DNA of 64,000 nucleotides. Origin: Mobula hypostoma. Lineage: Eukaryota. The notes beneath the pieces were generated by a model that saw nothing but the letters and a program-made list of their open reading frames with translations, was not told the origin of the DNA and ran no database searches. Numbering within the stretch: position 1 is the first letter of the stretch; every line of letters starts with the position of its first letter. Both the position numbers and the translations under genes were made by a program. Positions 12,778 through 26,065 of the stretch are shown piece by piece. The stretch spans positions 95,048,001 through 95,112,000 of the forward strand of contig NC_086107.1 in NCBI RefSeq assembly GCF_963921235.1, read 5' to 3'.

Positions 12778-12852
12778 GAGCCAAGACATCGCACAGCGAA
12801 ATCGCTATGTCAAACTGGTGGACAGCGTGCGTGATAATGGGGGAACTATAAG
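12778..12852 (+). CDS. PELO: Pelota coding exon
   Basis: tcaacag|g agc...ata ag|gtgagg; SQDIAQRNRYVKLVDSVRDNGGTIR. Confidence 0.95.
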
Positions 12853-13484
12853 GTGAGGGAAGCCTGGGCCAAGGCAGGGAGGCTGGGGCAGTCGGGTCCC
12901 GGCAGAGGTGGGACGTGTCCCTGTGACCTCGCTGCTGGTCAGATCATCCACTGGCCTTGTATTCATTGGTGTCTTAAAGTTCAAGTTCAAAGTAAATTTA
13001 TGAGCAAAATACATGTATTTTACCATATACATTGAGATTATTTACCTTTAGACATTTATGTGAAAAAAAGAAATACAATAGATTTTACAAAAATCTATAC
13101 ATAAACAGCTAAAGACCGACAAGCAAATATGCAAAACGAGACAAACTGTGTACAATAAAGTAAAACTGAGAACATGAGGTGTAAAGAGTCTTGAAAAGTG
13201 AGTCTGTAAGTTGTAGAATCAGTTCAGGGTAGAGGTGAGTGAAGTTATCCATGCCAGTTCAGGGGACTAATGGTTGGAAGGTTGTCACAGTTCCTGAACC
13301 TGGTGGTGTGGGACCAAAGGCTTCTGTATCTCTGACGATGGCAGTAGCAAGAAGAGGACGTGGCCTGGGTGGTGGGGGTCCTTGATGATGGATGCTGCTT
13401 TCTTGTGGCTGGGCTCCTTGTAGAGGTATTCAATGGTGGAGAGGACTTTGCCTGTGATGAACTGGACGGTATCCACCACTTAAG

Positions 13485-15830
13485 AATCATAGAGCCCTAC
13501 AGCACAGAAACAGGCCCTTTGGCCATCTAGTCCATGTCGAATTGTAATTCTGCTTAGTCCCATCGACCCGGCCTGGACCATAACCCTCCATATCCCTCCC
13601 ATCCGCGTACTTATCCAAAATTCTTAAATGTTGCAATCAATCCCGCATCCACCACTTCCACTGGCAGCTAATTCCACTCTCTCACCACTTTCTGAGTGAC
13701 AAGTTCCCCCACAGATTCCTCTTACATATTTCACCTGTCACCTCTAACCTATGACATCTCGTACTAGACTCGTCCAACCTCAGCAGAAAAAGTCTGCTTG
13801 GATTTACCCCTATCTATACCCCTCATCATTTTGTGTACCTCTATCACATCTCCCCTCATTCCCCTACACTCCAGGGGATAAATTCCTAATCTGTTCAACT
13901 TTTCCCGATAACTCAGGTCCTCAAGTCTTGGCAACATTTTTGCAAATTTTCTCTTTATTATTTCATTCTTATTGACACCTTTCCTGTAGATAGATAACCC
14001 GAATTGCTCATAATACTCCAAATTTGACCTCACCAACATCTTATACAACTGCAGTTTAACATCCCAACTCCCTCACTCAGTACCTTGAATTATGAAGGAC
14101 ATGTGCCAAAAGCTCTCTCTACAACCCTATCAACCTGTGATGCCATTTTCAAGGAATTATGTACCTGTATTCCCAGATCCCTCTGTTCTACCCTACCCCT
14201 CAGCACCCTACTAATCACTGGTTAAGTCCTAGCCTGGTTTGTCCTCCCAAAGTGCAACATTTCACACTGGTCTGCGTTAAATTCCATCTGCCATTTATCA
14301 GCCATTTTTCCAGCTGGTCCCAAGCTTTGGTCGTCTTCCTTGGTGTCCACCACACCCCCAGTCTTGGTGTCATCTGCAAATTTGAATCCAGTTAATCACA
14401 TTGTTATCCAGATCATTGCTATCGATGACAAACAACAAAGGACTCAGCACCGATCCCTGTGGCACTCCACTAGTCACAGAACTCCAGTCAGAGAGGCAAC
14501 CATGTATTACCACTCTCTGGTTTCTCTTGTGAAAGCAATATGCAATCCGATTTACTACTCCCATCAGAATGCAAGTGGCTGAGTCCTCAGGACCAGTTCT
14601 CACTTGAGGGACTTTGTTAGAGCCTTGCTGAAGTCCATGGAGACTACATCCACTGCCTTACCTTCATCGACTTTCCTGGTAACCTCCTTGAAAATCTCTA
14701 TAAGATTGGCTAGACACAATCTAAATCATGTTGACTATCCCTAATCAGTCCCTGTCTATCTAAATACTTACGTATCCGGTCTTTTAGAATACTTTCCAGT
14801 GACTTACTCATTACTGATGCCAGCCTCACTGGCCTATAATTTCTTGGCTTATTCTTAGAGTCTTTCTTGAACTAGGAAACAGCATTAGCTATCCTCCCAT
14901 CCTCCAGCACCTCACCTGTTGTTAAGTATGTTTTAAATATCTCTGCCAAGTCCCCCACAATTTCTGTAGTAGCTTCCCACAGGGTCTGAGGAGAGACCTT
15001 GTCAGGGCCTGGGGATTTATCCATGCTAAGCACTTCCTCGTCTGTGATCTGTATACAATCCATGACCTCACTATTGTTTTGCCTCAGTTCTATAGACTCT
15101 GTGTCCGTCTCCCGAGTGAATGCAGATACAAAAATAAATGATTTAAGATCTCCTCATCCCTTTGGCTCCATGAATAGATGACCACACTGATCTTCGAGTG
15201 GACCAATTTTGACCCTTGCAATCCTCTTTACTCTTAATGTATCTGTAGAAGCCCTTGGGATTCTCCTTCACCTTGTCTGGCAGAGCAACCTCATGCTTTC
15301 TTTTAATCCTGTTTTCCTTCTTAAGTGTTCTCTTGCATTTCTTAAACTCTTCAAGTGCCTCATTTGTTCCTCCCTGCCCATATTTGCCATGCCCCACCTC
15401 CTCCCCCTTAACAAGAGCCTCAGTAGATGAGCACTTCAGTATGTCCTGTTGGAGCACTTCACTGACTAGTAATGCTACCCTCCCTCTTTAATCCCCCTCG
15501 CTCTGTCACATCTAACCCTGGAACACCGAGCTGCCAGTTGTGTCCCTCCTGCAACCAGGTCTCACTAATGGCTACACCGTCATAATTCCACATGCTGATC
15601 CGTGTTCTTTGTTCATCTGCCTTAGCTACCACACTCCTTGCATTGAAATAAATGTGACTCAGAACATTAGTTTTGATTCCTGTCTTTGTATGTAGGTTTA
15701 ATATCTACTTCCCCTGCAAACACTCCACTAGCTGCCCTGGCACTCTGGGTCCCATCCCCCTGCAACTCTAGTTTAACCCCCGGAGCAGCACTAACAACCT
15801 TTCCTGCAAGGAAATTCTCTGTAGCCTTTG
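13485..15830 (-). mobile_element. Degenerate CR1 LINE
   Basis: Minus-strand ORFs with GVPQGSVLSPLLF, KSPGPDKV and LVRSNLEYYEQF. Confidence 0.85.
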
Positions 15831-16834
15831 CCATTCCCGCAATGGTGTTTCCATACCAGACTAGGATGCAACAAGTTCAGATACTGTCCACCTTGACTGG
15901 TCTGTTATTGTCTGAGATACAACAAAAAGTCTTTGTCTGCATACTGTCTTGACAGACCACTCCATACATCAGCACACTGAAGTTTGGAAACTGGAAAGAG
16001 CGCTGAGTTTGGGAGAGAGGCTGCACTTGGACTATTGCTCAAGAGGTTTAGATGGGGCAGAATTTGTTAGGTGCATCCAGGAGGGTATCCTATATCAGTA
16101 CGTAGATAGCCCAATGAGAGGAAGAACCATACTGAGCCTGGCCAGATGACTGACCTTTCAGTGGGGAAGCAGATAGTGAACAGTGATCATAACTCATTAA
16201 GTTTTTATGTATGTAGATGCAGATATGTATGGACTTTGAAAAAGAATATTAAATTGGAACAGGGCAAATTATGTGAGTATTGGACAGGAATTAGGGGAAG
16301 TTAATTGGGAACAGCTGCTTTTGGGCAAGTCTTTATCTGACATGTGGAGGGTGGTTTAAAGACCAACTGCACAGAGTACGCGACAGGTGTGTTCCAGTAA
16401 GAAGGGAGGACAAGGATGACATGGTAAGAAAACTTCGAATGTCAGAATAGGTGGTGAGTTTAGTCAAAAAGTGAAAAAGGAAGTGTCCATAAGGTTTAGG
16501 AAGTCAATATCAAACAGAACCATTTGAGGATTATAAAGAAGCCAAGAAGAGGGAATTAAGAGAAACACACACACACACACTATACTAGAGGAATTCAGCA
16601 GGTCAGGCGGCGTATATGGAGGGGAATAAACAGTTGACAACTTGGACCTAGACCCTTCATCAGGACTGCAAAGGAAGGGGGCAGATACTAGAATAAATAG
16701 GTGGGGTGGGGAAGAGGAGTACAGCTGGCAAGTGGTAGATGAGTTCGGGGTGGAGGAGGGGGGGAGGTGCACTGGGTGACAGAGGGGGAGATGATGTAAG
16801 AAGTTGGGAGTGATGGGTGAAGTGCTAGGAGGAG

Positions 16835-17570
16835 GGCAGTGAACACATCTACAACTGTGCTGAGATTGAGAGAGCTGAGAGTTTCAAGTTCCGAAGAGTG
16901 AACATCACCAACGTCCTTTCCAGGTCTAACCATGTTAATGTCACAGCCAAGGAGGCTCACAAATGCCTCCACTTCCTCAGGAGGCTGAAGGAATTCAGCA
17001 CGTCCCAGTTGACCCTCACCAATTTTTACAGATGCACCATAAAAAGCATCCTGTTAGGGTGCATCACGGCTTGGTACGACAACTGCTCTGACCGTGAGCA
17101 CAAGAAACCCTGGAGAGTAGCGGACACAACCCGGCACATCACAGGAACCAACCTCCCCTCCATGAACTCTACCTACACTTCCCACTGCCTCAGTGAAGCC
17201 GCCAGACTAATCAAAGACCCCACCCACCCCGGACATTCTCTCTTCGCCTCTCTCCCATCAAGCAGGAGCTACAAAAGCCTAGAAGCACGTCCCACCAGGC
17301 TCAAGGACAGCTTCTACCCTGCCATTATCAGACTCTCGAATAGACCTCTTGTACAATGAGATGGACCCTTGGCCTCACAATCTACGTTTGTTATGATTTT
17401 GCACCTTGTTTGTTTACCTGCACTGCACTTTCTCTGCAGCTGTAACACTTTATTTTGCAGTGTTACTGTTTTACCTTGTTCTATCCCAGTGCACTCTGTA
17501 ATGATCTGATCTGTATGAACAGTCTGCAAGACAACATTTTCACTGTATCTCAGTATAGGTGACAAAAATA
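16835..17570 (+). mobile_element. Rex1/Babar-type non-LTR retrotransposon 3' fragment
   Basis: HFLRRLK...LTNFYRCTIKSILLGCITAWY...IKDPTHPGHSLF..LPS.R.Y...RLKDSFYP. Related fragments at ~1-460 (+), 1360-1955 (-), 2280-2645 (-), 12980-13480 (-), 21795-22230 (+), 27025-28490 (-), 37495-38600 (-), 46495-46970 (-), 47050-47815 (+), 54705-55510 (-) and 61910-62420 (-). Confidence 0.8.
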
Positions 17571-19740
17571 AACCAATTGCAATAAAGAACCGAAGAAGAA
17601 AGAATCTGATCGGAGAGGACAGTGGGCATTAGAATAAAGGGAAGGAGGTGGGAATCAGAAGAAGGTGATGGCCAGGTTGTGAGAACAGAAGAGAGAAAGG
17701 AGTGAGAGGGTCACTAGAATGGGTGAAAACAAGAAAAGGTGAGGGGAGAATCTCTTATAATGAGTTCTGCCCCTTCCTTTCCAGTTCTGGTAAGGGGTCT
17801 CGGCCTGAAATGTCAACTGCTTATTCCTCTCCGTCGATGTTGCCTGACCTGCTGAGTTCCTTCAGCATTTTGTGTATGCTACTCATGAGTTCCAGCAGCT
17901 GCAGAATCTCTTGTGTCCCTGACTTGGGAGTATTATGTTCCCTCCCGTTTGGTCACCCTGGTGTGGAAAAGAAGACATTAAGCTGGAAAGAGTGCAAGGG
18001 AGATTTCTGAGGATGTTGCTGGGACTTGAGAGACTGAGTTATACAGAAAGGTTGGGCAGGTTGAGACTTTGTTCCTTGGAGTGCGAGGGTGACATTATAG
18101 AGGTGTATAAAGCCATGAGGGGCCAAGGTAGAGCAAATGCACACAAGTCTTTTTCCCTAGGGCTGGGGTGGGGGGGGGGGGAATCAAGAATTAGAGGGCG
18201 CAGGTTTAAGGTGAGAGGAGAGACATTTAATAGGAACTTGAGGGACAACCTTTTCATTCAGATGGTGTCGATATGTGGAATGAGCTGCCAGAGAGGATGG
18301 TACAGTAACACCATTTAAAAGACACTTGGACAACATGTGGATAGGAAAGGTGTAGAGGGATTTGGCCAGATGTGGACAAATAGGACCAGCTTGGAAGGAA
18401 GTCTTGGTTGGCATGGACCAGTTGGGCCAGAGGGCCTGGTTATCTGCTGTGTGACCCTAATCAGTGGTAGGACAGTGGACAGTGTCGGTGGACCTCAAGG
18501 ATCCTCTGGACAAGTCCCTAGCTCCTTGATAGTGGCTGCACAAGTTACCAAGCTCTTCACCTCCTCCTTGTCCAGGGAGTGGCGGTCCCATTGGGATCTA
18601 TCCCAAGTCAGATGAGGCAGAGATTGTTCGGAAGGAGGGATGGAGGTCGAGGGAGTATGAGGGTGGGGGGGGGGAGGGATGGACCAGGGTGAGGGTGGGT
18701 GGTGGGAGGTCATCAGGGGGAGACACTCACTCTAACCTTTTGTTCCACCCTCTCTGTCCTCATCCCTCTACTTCTCCCCTCCTCTCTCCCTCCCTCATCC
18801 CTCCTTCCACCTCTCCTCACCTCTCACCACCTCCTCTTCCCTTCCTGTCCATCTCTTCCTCCTCCATCTCCACTTCCCTCTCCTCCTCTATCTCCACTTC
18901 CCTCTCCTCCCCATCTCCCCTTCCCTCTCCTCCTCTCTCTCACCTCCCTCCCCTCCTCCATCTCCCCTTCCCTCTCCTCCTCTCTCTCACCTCCCTCTTC
19001 TCCTCCATCTCCCCTTCCCTCTCCTCCTCCATCTCCCCTTCCCTCTCCTCCTCCATCTCCCCTTCCCTCTCCTCCTCTCTCTCACCTCCCTCCCCTCCTC
19101 CATCCCCTCTCCTCCTCCATCTCCCCTTCCCTCTCCTCCTCTCTCTCACCTCCCTCCCCTCCTCCATCTCCCCTTCCCTCTCCTCCTCCATCTCCCCTTC
19201 CCTCTCCTCCTCCATCTCCCCTTCCCTCTCCTCCTCCATCTCCCCTTCCCTCTCCTCCTCTCTCTCACCTCCCTCCCCTCCTCCATCTCCCCTTCCCTCT
19301 CCCCCTCTATCTCCCCTTCCCTCTCCTCCTCCATCTCCCCTTCCCTCTCCCCCTCTCTCTCACCTCCCTCCCCTCCTCGCTCCTTCCTCTCCCCTTCACT
19401 CTCTCCACACTTCCCCCTCCCTCCCTGTTCTTCCTCCCCTCTTTCTTCCTTTTCTTCTTCTCCCCCTCTCTCCCCATCCTTCCCTCCCTCATACCCATCC
19501 CTCCTTCCTCTACCCACTTCCTTTCCCTCCTTCCCCTTCCTCTCCTCCCTCCCTCCCATCTTTCTCCCCTTCCTTTTCCCACTCCCATCTTCCTCCCGCT
19601 CTCCTTTTGTCTCCTTTTCTCTCCCCACCCATCCTCCCTTCCTCTACCCACTCCCTTTCCCTCCTTCCCCCTCCCTTTCCCCATCTTCCCCCTCCCTCTC
19701 TCTCCTGCATCCTTACTCCTCCACATTCCGGCCACCACAG

Positions 19741-19772
19741 GATGTTTTCCAGTCTCCACGTCTCCGGAGAAC
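19741..19772 (+). CDS. PELO: Pelota 32-nt coding exon
   Basis: ccacag|g atg...gaa c|gtgagt; MFSSLHVSGEQ (human IFSSLHVSGEQ). Confidence 0.93.
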
Positions 19773-20298
19773 GTGAGTATATCTTACCTCTGTGTGCACA
19801 CCCCTGCCTTCCTGCCCCTCCCCAGCTTGATGGGATCTTCCTCTGCTCCCTCCCCACCAGCTGCTCTTGGCCAGTCCGTGGAGTCGGCCCCTTCTGGATC
19901 GTAGGACTTTATCCCCAAAACCAGCTCACCAGCCTGTGGGTGGGGCTGTGGGAGGCGGGAGGGGGGGTGTTCCCAAGAGGGGTCCTGACTCAGAGTCTGG
20001 ACGGGAGAGAACACTAAGATGAATGTGTGTCTCTTCTCCCTCCCTCTTTCCCAAACCTTTCTCTCCCTGCTGCCAACCCTTCCCCCTTCCATGATCTCCT
20101 TCTCCCCACTGAGCTCTGCCTCTCCCAATTCTCCCCTTCCCTCTCTTTCTGACCCCCACCTATTTCCCATTCATCCCAATCCCCTCTGCACCTTCTCTTC
20201 TCCCTCTCATCTCCCCACCTCTCTCTTCCCCTCTCCCACTTCTATCTCTCCTCCCTCTCTCCTCCACTCTCCCTCTCCTTTCTCCCTTACTCCTCTAG

Positions 20299-20393
20299 AG
20301 CTTAGCCAGCTGACCGGAGTAGCTGCCATTCTCCGATTCCCGGTTCCTGATCTCTCGGACCAAGAAGATGATTCCGGCTCGGATGGCGACTAA
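20299..20393 (+). CDS. PELO: Pelota last coding exon with stop codon
   Basis: ctctag|ag ctt...taa; QLSQLTGVAAILRFPVPDLSDQEDDSGSDGD*; the nine exons total 782 nt and keep frame. Confidence 0.96.
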
Positions 20394-20602
20394 AATGTCT
20401 GGAAGCTACACCTCCCGTTCAGACAGGCCTCTCTCCTGCCTCGGATTTGGGGCTGCAGGAAGTGGGGACGGAGGGGAGAGAGCTTGGAACCCCCTCCCTC
20501 CCCTCGACTGTCTTACTACGATCTCCAGCACAGACTCAAGTTCAGAGGCAGTGGCCTTATGTTGGGACAATGGGGTGGGGTGGGGGGGGCATGTTGGCTA
20601 AT

Positions 20603-20608
20603 ATTAAA
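20603..20608 (+). promoter_or_regulatory. Candidate PELO polyadenylation signal (ATTAAA)
   Basis: ATTAAA ~210 nt after the stop, followed by a GT-rich tract (attgtttctgttg). Confidence 0.5.
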
Positions 20609-22264
20609 ACTAGATGCAGCATTGTTTCTGTTGCTCGAGTTTTGGGGAGCTTTCCAGCATTCATTGCTCATCCCTCATCATCTCTCAAGGAGGCGGGATA
20701 CTTGCCAGCATTTATCGCCAATCCCTCATCACCCCTCAAAAGGTGAGGCACTTATCGGCATTTATTGTCCATCCCTGATCTCCCCTCGAGAAGGTAGGAG
20801 GCTTCCCAGCATTTATTGTCTATCCCTAATCACCCTTTGAGATTGTAGAAATTGCCCGGTATTTATCTCTGAACCCTAATTGACCCTCAAGAGGGTGGCA
20901 AGATTCCCACAATACCCTCAGGGGAGGGAGTTCCGGGAATCAAACCCAGCCCCAGTGAAGTGAGGGTGATGTGTGTTCCAGCCGGGACTTGGAGGGGTGT
21001 GGAGAGCCCGTGAGTAAAGGTGCTGCCCTTGTCCTTCCTGGCAGGAGAGGTGATGGGATTGGGAGGTGTTTTCAGAATAGTCCACGGTGTGTATCGTCAA
21101 TGGTCACCATGCATGCTGGTTAAGGGAGGGGTTGTAGGGAGTGGATGGCGGTGTGGCTGATCAAGCAGACTCCTCTCCTGGATAATGTCGAGCTTCCCAA
21201 GAGTTGTTGGACTCAGGGATGTGGGGAGTGTCCCTGCCACAGTCCTGACCTGCAGATGAGGAGGTGGAAATGTGGTGGATGTAAAGTGCATGGACTAATT
21301 CCACCTGCAGTGGTGGGAGGTCTTGAAGACCGATGGATTCACCCATTCACTCCTTATGTTTTGAGCTTCGACGGGCACTGGAACCAGGCAGGGACTACAG
21401 GACAGCAACATGACCTGTCCCATTCTGGGACCAGAAGTTAGACCCACCCTGCCCACTTCCCCATTGATTAGGCTCTTCTCTGTTCCAGGTATTGGGACAG
21501 GTCTGTCTCGCTCACTCTCTATCCCTATCTCTATCTTGCCTTCACTTTTTTTTGTGTCCCCCCTCCCGAAAGAGGCAATCATTTAATATTTACATTCAAA
21601 TCAAGAGGGCAACTAGTGTGAGAGAGAACCACTCAAGGATAAAGGAGAAAACTCAGGCTTAGAGTCAGAGAATGTGGATGAGGTCCTAAATGAGTGCTTT
21701 GCATAAGTATTCACCAAGCAGAAGGTTTTGGACAACAATGTGATCATGTGGGGTCAGGCATTTTGGGGTCACAAAGTTGGTAGAACACACACCAGTCCTC
21801 ATTGAGGGGTCAGTGGTGGAGAGGGTGAGCAGTTTTAAGTTGCTGAGCATCAACATCCCTGGGGCTCTATCCAGAGCCCATCACGATGAAGGCAGACCAA
21901 CGCTCTGCTTTGTTCGGAGTTTGAAGTGATTTGGGATGTCACCGAAATTTCTACCTATGTATAGTGGAGAGTATTCTGACTGTTCCCATCACCACCTGGT
22001 ATAGAGGCTCCTGTATACAAGATCACAAGAGACTGTAAATTCAGCCAGCTTCTTCATGGACACCAGCCTCCCCACCATTGGGGACATCTTCAAAAGCCGG
22101 TGCCTCAAGACATCCATTATTAAGGACCCTTACCATCTGGGACATGCTTTCTTATTACTACAATCTGGGAGGAGACACACACTCAACAAAACAGAAACAT
22201 CATCTTCCCCTCCACCATCAGATTTACTGAGCGTTCTTCGACACTGATAATGAAACCTGATCCT

Positions 22265-23425
22265 GATATCTGGTGGCGCTGGGCCCCTTGAAGAATATCG
22301 AGGTGGATAAATCCCCAAGGCCACCGGGGATATGACCCAGGTTCTTGAAAGAGATTGCTGGGGTTTTGACCAAGATCTTTGTGTCCTCTTGAGCCATGAT
22401 TGAGGTCCAGGTGGACAAGAGTTAGTCAATAAAGGAAATAAGGATTATCCTGGAAATTATAGATCGGTGAGTCTCATGTCATTGGTAGGGAAGTTGTGAC
22501 GGACAGGCTGAATGCACATTTGGAGGAACGGGGATAACTGGGGACAGTCAGCATGACTTATTAACTTGGTTGAACCTTTTCAGGAGTTGATAAGCATGAC
22601 TGATTTGGAGTAGAGCAGTGAGCATTGTCTACTTGGATTTTAGTAGGGTCTTTGACAAAGTTCCTCATGGGAGGCTGATCCAGAAGATACAGATGCTTGG
22701 AAATCACAGTGACCAGCCTTTTTGATTCAGAATTGATTTGGCCTTAGAAGTTGGAGGGTACTGGTCAATGGAACCTATTCTGGCTGGAGGTCCCTGACTA
22801 GTAGTGTTCCACACTGGGACTGGGATCTCCTCTGTTCGTGAGATATATATAAAGAACTTGGACAAAAACACGGATGGATGGGGTAGTAAGTTCACCACCA
22901 ACTTGAAGTGCTGCTGTGGACAGTGTAGAGGATTGTCAAAGGACTTTCAGGATATAACGAGTGCAGTGGATAGAGGGGAACAGATGGACCTTATTTACTT
23001 GGATTTCCAGAAGGCGTTCGATAAGATGCTGCATAAAAGACTTACCATAAGGATGCATAGAGTTAGAGGTGTTCTATTAGTTTGGATTGAGGATTGGTTA
23101 ACTAATAGAAAGCATAGAGTTGGGATACAGGGGTGTTACTCTGGTTGGCAATCAGTGGTGAGCGGTGTGCCACAGGGGTCGGTGCTGGGCCTGTAACTGT
23201 TAACGATATACATTAACAAGGGGACCGAGTGTAGTGTAGCTAAGTTTGCTGATGATACTAAATTGAGTGGAAAAGCAAATTGTGCAGAAGAGATGGAGAG
23301 TCTGCAGAGAGATATAGATAGATTAAATGAGCAGACAAGGGACTGGCAGATGGATTACAATGTTGATAAATGCGAGTTCATCCATTTTGGAAAGAAAAAT
23401 GGAAGAGTAGATTATTATTATTTAT
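22265..23425 (+). mobile_element. Patchwork of CR1 RT fragments
   Basis: YLDFQKAFDKM, GVPQGSVLG and KFADDTKL motifs. Confidence 0.8.
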
Positions 23426-23429
23426 ACAC

Positions 23430-23724
23430 GTGGCCAAGTGGTTGAGGTGTCGGTCTGGTGATCTGAAGGTCGCTAGTTCGAGCCTTGGCTGAGGCAGCGT
23501 GTTGTGTTCTTGAGCAAGGCACTTAACCACACATTGCTCTGCAATGACACCGGTGCCAAGCTGTATGGGTCCTAATACCCTTCCCTTGGACATTGGTGAC
23601 GTGGAGAGGGGAGACTTGCAGCAGGGGCAACTGCCGGTCTTCCATAGAACCTTGCCCAGGCCTGCGCCCTGGAAACCTTCCAAGGCGCAAATCCATGGTC
23701 TCATGAGACTAACGGATGCCTATA
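23430..23724 (+). mobile_element. tRNA-derived SINE with CORE-like domain
   Basis: A box tggccaagtgg, B box gttcgagcc, cttgagcaaggcacttaacc; TSD ttatacac. Confidence 0.8.
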
Positions 23725-25969
23725 TTATACACTAACAAGAGAAATCCTGCAGATGCTGAAAATCCGAGCAACACACACACAAAATGCTGGAAGAACTCAG
23801 CAGGCCAGGACAGCATCTAGGAAAAGACAGAACAGTTGTAGATAAAGGCGGAGAAATTAGCAGATGGCGTTTAATCCGGCCAAGTTTGAGGTGTTGCACT
23901 TGGGAGTCAAATGGAAAGAGAGAGGACGCAGTTAACGGCAGGACCCTTAACAGCATTGATGTTTATAGGGATCTTGAGATCCAAGTCTACAGTTCCCTGA
24001 AACTGGTCGCAGGCGTAAGCAAGGTGGTAAAGGCGGCGTACGGCATGCTCGCCTTCGGTGGTCGGGGCATTGAATATGCGAGTCAGCTTTCAGCAGTCGA
24101 AAACTCTGGTTGGCCCGCATCTCAAGTATTGCATTCAGATCTGCTCGCATCTTTACAGGAACGGTGTGTGTGTGTGTGTGTGTGGTGGTGGGGGGGGGGG
24201 GGAGCTTTGGGGAGGTTCACCAGGATGCTGTCTGGATTAGAGGGCATGGAGATAGAAGGAGAGGTTGTTTCCCCTGGGGCGGCGGAGGCTGGTGGGGGGA
24301 GAGAGACGTGATATAAGTTTATCAGGTTATGAAAGGCACAGACAGGGTAGACAGTCGGCATCCTTTCCCATATTTGAGATGTCTAATACCAGCGGGTAAG
24401 CACTTAAGGTGCGAGGGGAAAAATTTCAAAGATGTACGGGGCTAGTTGTTTTTTTACACAGAGCGGCGGCACATACGAGTTATTTCTGCGTGGAGAAAAT
24501 GGAGTGATTTGGACCACATACAGGCAGAAGTTCTTTAAATTTAATCTGGAACCATGTTCAGCACAGGCATCGTGGGCCGAAAGGCCGGTTCCTGTGCTGT
24601 ACTATTCTACGTTCTGTGATCTATTTGGGCATGTAGGGGTTAACACAAGCCTTCGGGGTACAAATGGGTACGGGAACTGTTCCAACATCAGGGGCTTTGA
24701 TGAAAGCTCTTCGAGAGAAATCCAAAGAAACTTTCTCTTTAACATCAATCGAAATCTCAAACAGCTTCTCGAGCACAAGGCTCACACTTCAAACGATAGC
24801 AGCGCCGGGAGAAATCATCTCCCTGGAATAGACCCAGTCCTCTCTCACGCACACCTACGTCCGTGCTTTCTACCGAGTGAGTGTACGAGTAAATACCTGG
24901 GGTGAGGGGAGAGGTCGGTGTGTTTGTGGGGAGAGAACGGCGTCTGACGGTCCACGGACGGGCGGGGTCGGAGAAGAGAATTGTGTGTCCAGTGGCAGGT
25001 TCCGGGAAGGGGGGGGGGGGGGATGGTGTGAGGGAGTTGGATGAACATCACCTTTTCCCTTCGCTCGCCTCTCTCTGCCCCCTCCCACTTATTTCTCTTT
25101 CCTCCCCTTTGCCTGCTCCTCTCCAACTCCCACCCCTTTCTTAACCCGCTTCCACCTCCTCTCTTTCATCTCATTCCCCCTTCCCCTCTCTCTCTCACTG
25201 TCGCACTCTCCCTATCCCTCACCTCTCCTGCCCCCACCCTCTCTCCTCTCTCACTCCCCCTCCCTTCCCACTCTTGCTCCCTCTTCTCCCAGTCCCTCTC
25301 TTTCTCCTTCACCCCCTTTCCCCCTTCGCCCTATCCCGCTTCCTCCCTCTCCTGCACGTTCTCCTCCTTCCCCTTTCTCTTTCATCCTCCCTCATTCCCT
25401 TCTCTCCCGACCTCCCACAGACGAGTAAGGAGAGCTCCGCCTCCCCACCCCTCCCACCCCCTGCTCCTCTTAAACAGGGAACAGGTGATGCCTCGTTCAG
25501 TCTGCCTGGATCGGTCCTGCACCCTGGGTAATTCCGCCGGCGAGAGAGACAGAGAGACGGTGGACGTGTCTGCCAGAGTCTCGAACAGACCTACATGCTC
25601 CTGGTGCCGGGTTGGGAACAGACAGAAGAAGAGAGGGTACCGATGCCGGCGGAGGGCAGGTGTCTCCGCCTTGGGGCTTGATCCGTTGCTTGTTCCATCG
25701 TGAGGACTCAGGTCCTGGGACACTGATTAGCTCCTGAGAGGCACTCCCTTTCTATTCCCCCCCCCCCTCCCTCACCCCTCTCTCTCCCCCTTCTCTCTCC
25801 CTTCCTCCTCCCTCCCTGTCCCTCACTGTCACCTCTCCCTCCCTCCTTCCTTCCCCATCTCTCTCCTTCCCCTAACATCGACAACCACTCTCCTCTTCAC
25901 CCTCAATTTTGCTATTTTACCCTCTCTCCCTCCTTCCTCCTGTTGGGTGTTCTTCCAGAAAGACCAGCG

Positions 25970-26042
25970 ATGAAGTTTGAACTCCAGCTTGTGATCTTCA
26001 TCTATGTTCTGCTCCAAGAGTCTCTTTCACTGCAGCACCGAG
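25970..26042 (+). CDS. KREMEN2: Kremen2 first coding exon (signal peptide)
   Basis: Acceptor ttccag at 25953-25958, ATG 25970, MKFELQLVIFIYVLLQESLSLQHR, phase-1 donor g|gtgagt compatible with the kringle exon. Confidence 0.75.
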
Positions 26043-26065
26043 GTGAGTCTCTATGTACACAGGAG

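Noticed and set aside
23430..23505. Possible tRNA gene (also ~48188-48255)
   Set aside because: The A and B boxes continue into a SINE body with a TSD, and no convincing cloverleaf is seen.
24780..25700. KREMEN2 promoter and non-coding first exon(s)
   Set aside because: Likely to exist, because an acceptor precedes the ATG exon and the region is CpG-rich, but the boundaries cannot be fixed from sequence alone.
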